Source: a virus
Strand: one strand, 5' to 3'
Virus record (IMG/VR): IMGVR_UViG_3300042561_001059
Location: 19,535 to 83,534 of that record
DNA length: 64,000 nt
Of this stretch, positions 28,062 to 35,116 are shown piece after piece. A program made the translations under genes and the position numbers. Position 1 is the stretch's first letter. Each line of letters starts with the position of its first letter. Under the pieces are notes generated by a model. It was not told where the DNA came from. It saw nothing but the letters and a program-made list of their open reading frames with translations, and ran no database searches.

Positions 28062-28916
28062 ATGTCAACTTCGATCCAAGAAGCCTGGGCCAACTTTAAA
28101 ACAGAGCGCTCAATCGTCCTTTGCCCTACAAGTTTAACTTCTGATTATGTGGTGGTTGACAAGTGGTTAAAAAAATGTCCGATAACTGATCTTACTCAAG
28201 GAAGACAATTAATGACCTGGGTGCTCCAGCAGAAGCCAACCAAAACAAGTAGGCGAGTGGCTATGTATGTCAAAAGCCTTTATCGATGGGCAACCAACGA
28301 AGATATTGCATTGGTAGAAAGAAATCCAATTTTGTCTTTTAAAATGCCCAAGGCGCCCCAGGAGGATGAAGAAATTATTGTCATTCCTCGTAATGAGGTT
28401 TCAATTGTTATTTCAGCCCTGGAAGGAAAGTTAAGAAAACCTAAATACAATTGGGCCTTCTATTCAGAATTCATGCTGCAAACTGCCATGAGAACTGGTG
28501 AAGTAAGAGCGTTGCGCTGGGAGGACATTAAAGACAACAAGATTCTTGTCCATTCAAACTACACTCTTACTCATGGACACAAAGATTCAACAAAAACAAA
28601 TCGTAAACGATGGGTTCCTCTCAACCAGCGTTGCCAAGAAATCCTAGACAAAACACCAAGAGAAGATTCCTACATCTTTCCTTACAACAGATATGCATTT
28701 CAAAGTTATTTTTACGATCGCATGAAAGAGTTAAAGAAAGAAAACGTAATTACACATCGTTATCGTCCTTATGATTTAAGGCATACCGCAATCTCTCGTT
28801 GGATTGAATCACAAATTCCTGTTGCGCAAGTTGCTTCATGGGCTGGCAACAGCTCAGAAGTTATTTGGAAACATTATTGCAATGTGACCCAGGAATACGA
28901 AATGCCTGTTCTTTAG
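28062..28916 (+). CDS. Tyrosine recombinase (core-binding plus catalytic domains, no evident arm-binding domain)
   Basis: TAMRTGEVRALRW (R), TKT (K), YDLRHT (HxxR variant), AGNS, WKHY (Y); 284 aa. Confidence 0.92.
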   Translation: MSTSIQEAWANFKTERSIVLCPTSLTSDYVVVDKWLKKCPITDLTQGRQLMTWVLQQKPTKTSRRVAMYVKSLYRWATNEDIALVERNPILSFKMPKAPQEDEEIIVIPRNEVSIVISALEGKLRKPKYNWAFYSEFMLQTAMRTGEVRALRWEDIKDNKILVHSNYTLTHGHKDSTKTNRKRWVPLNQRCQEILDKTPREDSYIFPYNRYAFQSYFYDRMKELKKENVITHRYRPYDLRHTAISRWIESQIPVAQVASWAGNSSEVIWKHYCNVTQEYEMPVL

Positions 28917-28925
28917 TGGAAGCGA

Positions 28926-29078
28926 CTACTGGGCTTTACCAGCAAGCGCCATTGCTCGGTTTTCTTCGTCTTTGACTGCTTGTCGGATCTGGCAAAGCAC
29001 ATGCTCTTCAGCCTTGGCGTTGCCGGAATCAATGGCAATCAAAAGCCTGATACAGAGTGAACGGTAATCAGCAGGCAT
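28926..29078 (-). CDS. 50-aa cassette-like ORF (below cutoff)
   Basis: MPADYRSLCIRLLIAIDSGNAKAEEHVLCQIRQAVKDEENRAMALAGKAQ; its stop TAG is one arm of site 28914. Confidence 0.6.
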   Translation of the reverse strand: MPADYRSLCIRLLIAIDSGNAKAEEHVLCQIRQAVKDEENRAMALAGKAQ

Positions 29079-29092
29079 AAAAGTTGGAATGA

Positions 29093-29320
29093 CTACTGGG
29101 CTTCAAGCTCGGTGGCGATGGCGAGGAGTTCTTCGCGAGTGTCTTGCTGAGCGATCCAAGTTGCCTCTTCCCAGTTATCCGCGTCCATGGGCTTCCGACG
29201 CTGCGGCACCACCTCATCCGCAACAGCTCGCAGGGCGGCGGCAATCTCGTCAGCAGGTGCAGGGCAGATTTCACGCACAGCATCCAACACCGCCTGCGCG
29301 GCGGGGGAGAGGTCAGTCAT
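29093..29320 (-). CDS. Small hypothetical protein
   Basis: MTDLSPAAQAVLDAV..AAALRAVAD..ELEAQ; its stop is one arm of site 29081. Confidence 0.65.
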   Translation of the reverse strand: MTDLSPAAQAVLDAVREICPAPADEIAAALRAVADEVVPQRRKPMDADNWEEATWIAQQDTREELLAIATELEAQ

Positions 29321-29666
29321 TGATCTGCTCAAGGGCACGGAGAAGGATGTTGTAGTGAGCTGCGTCCAGTTCAGCATCTTCCAGCACTGCGATGGCCTGC
29401 TCCTTCAAGCTCTGCGGCTTGGGGCGGCGGGCGGCGCGGAGTTGCCGAGATTCACCAGACCAGCCTTCTTTATCCAGCCACTCACAGCACGCCTCCAGCT
29501 CCTGGTCGGCAGCGGCCTGGATTTCAGGTTCGCGTCGCCACCAACCCCATTGGGCAGCGCAACGGGCAATGTGATGAGCATATGGAATCGAACGATCGTC
29601 ATACGCTGTGGTTTCCCACTGATGCACCAGCTCTGGCGGCGGGGTGGTGGGGTGTTGGTTAGTCAT
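29313..29666 (-). CDS. Small hypothetical protein, paralogue of 29659-29994
   Basis: HPTTPPPELV..DQELEAC..RRPKPQSLKEQA. Confidence 0.65.
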   Translation of the reverse strand: MTNQHPTTPPPELVHQWETTAYDDRSIPYAHHIARCAAQWGWWRREPEIQAAADQELEACCEWLDKEGWSGESRQLRAARRPKPQSLKEQAIAVLEDAELDAAHYNILLRALEQIND

Positions 29667-29994
29667 CGAGTTGCTCCAGGGCGAGGCCAATGATCTGAAC
29701 GGCTTCAGTTGTGTCCATCTGAGATGCAGTGGCATCATCCAAATGCTCTAGCGCAGCCAGCGCCTGCTCCTTTAAGGTCAGCGGTTTAGGGCGACGGGTT
29801 TTGCGCAGGTCACGAGCCAGACTTTCGCCTTCGTGGAACTTAACGAACGTCACGCACGCCTCCAGCTCCTGGTCGGAACCCCATTGAGCAATAGAGGCAA
29901 AGACATCCGCGATGCCATGAGGCTCGACAAGCGAAGCCCATGCTCGTACCAGCTCTTCTGGTGGCGTGATCGGGTGCTTGTAATCTTGGGTCAT
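29659..29994 (-). CDS. Small hypothetical protein, paralogue of 29313-29666
   Basis: HPITPPEELV..DQELEAC..RRPKPLTLKEQA; GGAGG upstream of the ATG. Confidence 0.7.
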   Translation of the reverse strand: MTQDYKHPITPPEELVRAWASLVEPHGIADVFASIAQWGSDQELEACVTFVKFHEGESLARDLRKTRRPKPLTLKEQALAALEHLDDATASQMDTTEAVQIIGLALEQLDD

Positions 29995-30200
29995 CGTCGA
30001 TCCTCCAATCGGCGGTCACAGGGGCAGGGTGTTAGCGCACCGCTGCTCCACCACCTTACCACCCTGCCAAGCCAGCTAACACGTCCAGCACCACGTGTTA
30101 AGAAATTGGCGTTTTGTTAACTTCAGGGGCTTGTATTGTCAACCCTATTGTCAACCTCGTCATCGTGCGCGGGCAGTAGAAGGCTTGTTCTCTAGTGGGG

Positions 30201-33200
30201 TCAGCGGGCGCGGGCGTATTGGAAGGGCGATTCGGCGAAGGCGGCGTAAATAAAAGTTGCTCCAGATGCGTTGACGCGAGTGTCTGATGAGCGAGCTTTA
30301 AATCCATTGGAAACAATGTCAAAAGGCCATATATCTGCATCCGCCTGCGAGGAATTGAATAGCAGGTCGTTGCCTGCTGTGTTGTACGGACTCCGCGCAG
30401 CGTCGTAAACACGCCAATCGCCGGTTGAGTCGGACCTCTTGATAAAGAAATACCTCGGCCTAAACCCGGTGTACACAAACGGCCCATCCGCGCTGCCGTT
30501 GCCGGTGTAGCTGCCGAAACTAGAGTACCCGGCTACTGGGGTAAAACAGTAGCAAATATGGTCAAAGCTGTTGCCCCACCATGAGAGATCACCTCCTGTA
30601 AATACTGTTGATGTTGGTTCTGTGTTGTTCCAAGGGTATGTTTGCGTGTCTGCAGCGTTTGTCAGGTTTAACCGCAGGAATTTTGTAGCTCCTAGTGCAG
30701 AGTGGTAAACAGACCATGCGCCGCCAGCCCCTGTCGCCTTGTCGATAATCAGAGCCGGTTTGGCGCCCAAACCATGCCCCACGGTGAACGGTGATGACGT
30801 TCCCGTGTTGAACTTGACAATTGAAAATCCCGCCGTCGTGTTGGCCCTGACACTAGAAGTGATGGAGCCTTGTGTGTTCGTGACGGTGGAGCTTCCGGCG
30901 TCCCAGGTCCAGGCGACGTAGGTATTACCAGAAGCATTGACGTCACCGTCAGGATTAGAGCCCAAGGAAAACCCGCCTGAATCAAAAGACGTAAGGGAGT
31001 TGGTAAATGTCGCTTCTGCGCTTGTAGTGCTGCTGGCTAAGCGCTGTGTGGCACCTCTAACAATGTCATAAAGGGAATGGTTGCCAGTAGTATTTCTGAC
31101 CTTTGCCCACACCAAATCAGGGCTAAACGCAAGCCCGGTGATGTTTTGTGTTGCCCCTGTGCCCGTATACAGCTTCACGTCCATCACCGTATTAGGCTTT
31201 GTGACTAATGGCGCGGGCAAGTTTGTCGTGCAGAGCGCTTTGAAGCCGCTGGGGGCCGTGTAGGCGAAGGGGCGGGCACCTGCGTTAAAGACCGCACTTG
31301 TGCTGCCACCATTTCCTGTGGCGAACGTATACGGCCCGTTTGTTAGACCCGAATACGCCTGCCCTTGACTCGCGCCGTTTTTGTAAAAAGTAAGTGTTCC
31401 AGCGTCGGCATCAAAAGCAACACCGATAACATCGTTTGTAGTGTATGAGGCGCCGTAAGATGTTGCGCTGTTATTTGTGTACTTGTTCCCGTTGTCTGCG
31501 TAGTAACCCCAGCTATCAGCGTTGCCACCGATAAAAGTTGTTGCAACCGTGCCCGCGGCTCGCTGTAAGCCGAACATATTAGAGACGCTAGTGGCCGTAA
31601 ATTCGCAGTACCATTTGCCACTGCTAATAGCGATAGTGCTCTGAGCGATGACCGACCCAGTGCTAGTGGCGGTCCAGTCGAGGTTTCCGTTGCTCAACGT
31701 GCAGTTGGCTTGCTTGCTGAGGGGATTGAGCGTCGCATAATTCCCCCTAACCTCACCCCCCACGCCCGTATCCGTCTGCGCCCCATTAGTGGGAACGTCT
31801 ACGAGGGAATCGTTAGCCGCTGCAACCGAGCCGATAACGGTGGAACTGGGCGGGTTGAAATTGCCGGTGTACTTAGCTGCACCTACATACACACGGAAAT
31901 CCTGCAGCGAACCATTGAAGTTTTGAGCTGCACCGCCATCAGTGGCGCCAATACGAATGGTAATTGAGCCTGAATCTCCGACGCTGCTTGCACTGCTGTA
32001 GGTGGATGTTTGCAGACCATTGATGTACATCGCCCAGGATGAGCCAGATCTCACAACAGCGAAGTGGCTCCACGCTCCTTGGGTCAGGTTTGTGTTTGAG
32101 CTAAGGATTGCTGAGCCGCCGCCAATTGAGTTCACAAACCAACCAAGAATTGTGTTGGCGCCTTGGCCGCAGGTCAGGTTGTAACGCCCAGCTTGCCATG
32201 TATCAGTGTTGCTGAAGATTGAACCGCCGGTTGAAGCGTTTGGATAAATCCAGCCTTCAATCGTAAAGTCAGATGAGCCAAAAACTATGTCATGCGTACC
32301 TGCAATACTCAGGAAATCGCCTGAGCCATCAAGCAAACCGCTGCTGCCATAAAACTTGCTTAGCCCGGTATTGGTCTTGGCATTACCGTTTGCCGTTACC
32401 GTTTTGGCGCTTCCACTGCCTTTGATCGTTGCGCTCTCGTCGGTAAATGTAGTCCCGTTATTAGCGCCATCCATTGGAAGCGCTAGACGAATCGAGCTGC
32501 TGTTGCTGTCTGTGCGGGTGCCGGTGCCTTTGGTTGTGCCGTAGGTGTCGGTGGTGTTGTAGATCGGCAGCGCACCAGATGCTGCAGCAACGGAAGTTGG
32601 GCCACCAGTGTTAATGCTGACGTTAAACGGGGTCCAGTTGTTCCCGTTGCCACTAGTGTCCTTCCCTAATGTGGTCGCGGTATTGCTGCTGTTGTCCGCG
32701 AACTCCAGATGCCAGCCTTGCGAGCCGTAGCTGCCGGTGTACGCCTTGGGGATAAGCTGGCCGGTAGTGGCGTCGGTTTCGGTGAAGCTGCTGGGGGTCA
32801 GCGCTTGGCCGTCGATGAAGTAGATGTCGGCTAGGTAGCCGGGGAAGAAGTTAGAAGAATTGAAAGTGTTTCTTCCAATATTGTGTGAAAGGGTAGAGTT
32901 TACGGCTGTATCTAAATTCAGTGTTGGAGCTGCGTTCGTGTCAAAGACGGTAATCTCTTCTCCGTTGACGTACATTTTTACTCTATTAGATGCGGTCGCC
33001 TGTGTGGTATCTACTGCAACCATTACATGATACCAAGCGGAAACATCCCTATAAACAGCAGTTGTACGCCTTAGCTCAGCCGATCCAGTGCCGCATGAAA
33101 ATTTATCGTTGGTAAAAGAAACCTGAAAATAGGTTCCTTCCGCCAAAGACGTTCCAACAATAAATAGTGCGTGCTCTCCTGATGCTTGGAGCCCACTCCG

Positions 33201-33374
33201 CTTCACCCATCCCGCCCAGGTCCAGGTGGTGCGGTTGCCCGCAGATGCGGGGGTGCGGGACAAGTAGGCACTGTCACTACTATTGAATCTGAGACTTCTG
33301 GAAATAGAGTATCCTCCAGCACCGCCTCCTTGTCCAGACGCGCCAATAAGACCGTTGTTGTGGAAGATACTCAT
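30201..33374 (-). CDS. Multi-domain tail/receptor-binding protein (LamG/ConA-like and SPRY-like domains)
   Basis: WTWAGWVKR..WYHVMVA, DFTIEGWIY..WSHFAVVR, SGKWYCEF..DVIGVAFD; ends FAESPFQYARAR. Confidence 0.8.
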   Translation of the reverse strand: MSIFHNNGLIGASGQGGGAGGYSISRSLRFNSSDSAYLSRTPASAGNRTTWTWAGWVKRSGLQASGEHALFIVGTSLAEGTYFQVSFTNDKFSCGTGSAELRRTTAVYRDVSAWYHVMVAVDTTQATASNRVKMYVNGEEITVFDTNAAPTLNLDTAVNSTLSHNIGRNTFNSSNFFPGYLADIYFIDGQALTPSSFTETDATTGQLIPKAYTGSYGSQGWHLEFADNSSNTATTLGKDTSGNGNNWTPFNVSINTGGPTSVAAASGALPIYNTTDTYGTTKGTGTRTDSNSSSIRLALPMDGANNGTTFTDESATIKGSGSAKTVTANGNAKTNTGLSKFYGSSGLLDGSGDFLSIAGTHDIVFGSSDFTIEGWIYPNASTGGSIFSNTDTWQAGRYNLTCGQGANTILGWFVNSIGGGSAILSSNTNLTQGAWSHFAVVRSGSSWAMYINGLQTSTYSSASSVGDSGSITIRIGATDGGAAQNFNGSLQDFRVYVGAAKYTGNFNPPSSTVIGSVAAANDSLVDVPTNGAQTDTGVGGEVRGNYATLNPLSKQANCTLSNGNLDWTATSTGSVIAQSTIAISSGKWYCEFTATSVSNMFGLQRAAGTVATTFIGGNADSWGYYADNGNKYTNNSATSYGASYTTNDVIGVAFDADAGTLTFYKNGASQGQAYSGLTNGPYTFATGNGGSTSAVFNAGARPFAYTAPSGFKALCTTNLPAPLVTKPNTVMDVKLYTGTGATQNITGLAFSPDLVWAKVRNTTGNHSLYDIVRGATQRLASSTTSAEATFTNSLTSFDSGGFSLGSNPDGDVNASGNTYVAWTWDAGSSTVTNTQGSITSSVRANTTAGFSIVKFNTGTSSPFTVGHGLGAKPALIIDKATGAGGAWSVYHSALGATKFLRLNLTNAADTQTYPWNNTEPTSTVFTGGDLSWWGNSFDHICYCFTPVAGYSSFGSYTGNGSADGPFVYTGFRPRYFFIKRSDSTGDWRVYDAARSPYNTAGNDLLFNSSQADADIWPFDIVSNGFKARSSDTRVNASGATFIYAAFAESPFQYARAR

Positions 33375-33380
33375 TTCAAA

Positions 33381-33689
33381 TCACCAAGGAACGCCTGCTG
33401 CTTTGCTGGGACGACGCTGTTCTTCAAGTTGTGACTGAAGTGCGTCTTCAATTTCAGCCACTTTTTCGTCGCCAAATTTTTCTTTCACCCAACCAATGAC
33501 CATGTCTTCGGTCAGATTGGCGAAAGAAACCATAGGAGTTTCAGGGCGCTCCAGGCCAATGGAGCCATAAGCACCAGCGGAGTAGGTATCGTCTTTGGCG
33601 TCGACGGTGTAGTGGACGGTAAACACATAACCGTCACTGGTTTCGCGCTCAAGCTGAGCAACTTTCCAGGTAAAAGCAGTAGTCGTCAT
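33381..33689 (-). CDS. Small tail-fibre-associated protein
   Basis: FTWKVAQLER..FANLTEDMVIGWVK..GVPW. Confidence 0.65.
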   Translation of the reverse strand: MTTTAFTWKVAQLERETSDGYVFTVHYTVDAKDDTYSAGAYGSIGLERPETPMVSFANLTEDMVIGWVKEKFGDEKVAEIEDALQSQLEEQRRPSKAAGVPW

Positions 33690-35080
33690 GAGTAGTTGGC
33701 AGTAAAGACCGTGTGGATAGACGTGGAACTACGAACAATATAGTCCACCCTATCTACAGCGTTGGCAGCGGTACTTAGCGTGGGCGCCGTGCCACCAGGG
33801 AAGTCCCAGTAAGAACCCCAAGAAGCTGTCCTACCACCAGTTCCATCTTGAACGAGGAAGATACTTCCGCTTTGACCGGCGGTAATATTCGTGGGGTTTG
33901 CGATTGTACGTGCTCCACCCAATGTGACTGTAAAGTTACAATCTGCTGCTAAATCGGGGGTTATCGTTGCGCCATCGGTCAGTGTACCAATGACAGCAAC
34001 AGCGCCATTTTGAATAGTGACAACACCATTCTGTGCAATCCTCATCCTTTCTGTTGGAGAAGAAGCGCCGTCAGCAGTAGTGGAGAACACTAGTCTGCCC
34101 GGCATATCGTTAGTGCCGGGGGTGCCGTCTACACGGCATTCAATAAGTGCAGCTCGGATGTAACCAGTTCCGTCCGCACCCGCAAATCGAATATCTCCAA
34201 GGAAATCACCATCTACAACGGAAGCAAATCCACCCGCCGTTGTTGAGCGTGTCTTTTTAAAATAAACTGCGCCAGCAAAAGCGTCATTTGAAAAATGCCC
34301 AAAGTCCGCTGTGTAATAGTTGCTGCTGTTGGTTGTTACTTGAAGCCTTGCATCTCCTTGACCATTGGTAACGCTACTAGACGTGCCAACTAAGAGCCTG
34401 CCGGAGTTGTCGATGCGGGCGCGTTCTGATGCGGCGTTAGCCCCTCCGGTATGGATAGCAAGTGCTCCGTTGCTTCCCGAAGGTACAAGCAGTTTGGCAT
34501 AATTAGAGCCCGTGATATTAAAGTTAAACGCTCTGGCTGAGTCCGCTGCTGCACCAGGGTCAAATTCAATAGTTCCCCCAACCACATCAAGGCGCCCTAC
34601 AGGGCTCGTAGTGCCAATCCCTAGTCGGTTATTGGTCGCATCAAAGAAGACGCCACTTGACCCGCCAAGCTGAATATCACCGTCCGCTTGTATCTCTAGT
34701 CTCTTGGTCCCATTAGTTGAGATGGCTACTTGGTCAGCGCCTGGAGAGTAAAGACCGGTGTTGGAATCGCCGGTAAATGAAATCGAAGGGCTTGCTGCTG
34801 AACCAGCCGCAAAAACACCAGAAGTAATGGTATATGTGCCGCCACTGATATTGGTAAAGTTACCGCTCGTAAAGGTTGCCGTGGTGCCAGTTACGGTAAT
34901 ACCGCTAACAGTTGTAAATGCTCCAACGGTTCCGGTAACTGTTACGCCGGAAATAGTTCCGGTACAAGTTACGTTTCCACTAAATGTTGGGTTTTGAACT
35001 AATCCAGAAATCTGAATGCTTTTGTCGACACCAGCATCTGTAAATGTGATGGTATCAACTTTAATAATTCCGTACGGCAT
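33686..35080 (-). CDS. Tail fibre protein
   Basis: T/G-rich shaft, NTGLYSPGADQVAIST, RLGIGTTSP, ERARID..GRLLVGT, GRLVFST, QDGTGGRT. Confidence 0.8.
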   Translation of the reverse strand: MPYGIIKVDTITFTDAGVDKSIQISGLVQNPTFSGNVTCTGTISGVTVTGTVGAFTTVSGITVTGTTATFTSGNFTNISGGTYTITSGVFAAGSAASPSISFTGDSNTGLYSPGADQVAISTNGTKRLEIQADGDIQLGGSSGVFFDATNNRLGIGTTSPVGRLDVVGGTIEFDPGAAADSARAFNFNITGSNYAKLLVPSGSNGALAIHTGGANAASERARIDNSGRLLVGTSSSVTNGQGDARLQVTTNSSNYYTADFGHFSNDAFAGAVYFKKTRSTTAGGFASVVDGDFLGDIRFAGADGTGYIRAALIECRVDGTPGTNDMPGRLVFSTTADGASSPTERMRIAQNGVVTIQNGAVAVIGTLTDGATITPDLAADCNFTVTLGGARTIANPTNITAGQSGSIFLVQDGTGGRTASWGSYWDFPGGTAPTLSTAANAVDRVDYIVRSSTSIHTVFTANYS

Positions 35081-35116
35081 GGCAGTTCTTTTTCTTTTAT
35101 TATTTTACTTTAAGTA

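Larger units (their letters stand above)
28914..34728. repeat. Dispersed TAG-N9-CTA palindromic sites (putative recombination sites)
   Basis: Perfect 15-mers start at 28914, 30508, 30521, 31025, 31193, 31501, 31787, 32654, 33265, 34078, 34378, 34609, 34714; AAG-N9-CTA variants at 29081 and 30180. Confidence 0.8.

Noticed and set aside
28062-28916. Recombinase as a lysogeny integrase / prophage boundary
   Set aside because: No adjacent repressor, no host genes, no evident arm-binding domain, and it is embedded among tail genes. An integration role cannot be fully excluded.
29089-30487. Alternative + strand and out-of-frame ORFs in the GC-rich block
   Set aside because: Expected from high GC; the coupled - strand ORFs explain the region.
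30693-34584. One-mismatch TAG-N9-CTA variants inside genes (e.g. 30693, 30841, 32894, 33680, 34570)
   Set aside because: Single-mismatch hits are expected often by chance and also occur outside the island, so they were not counted.
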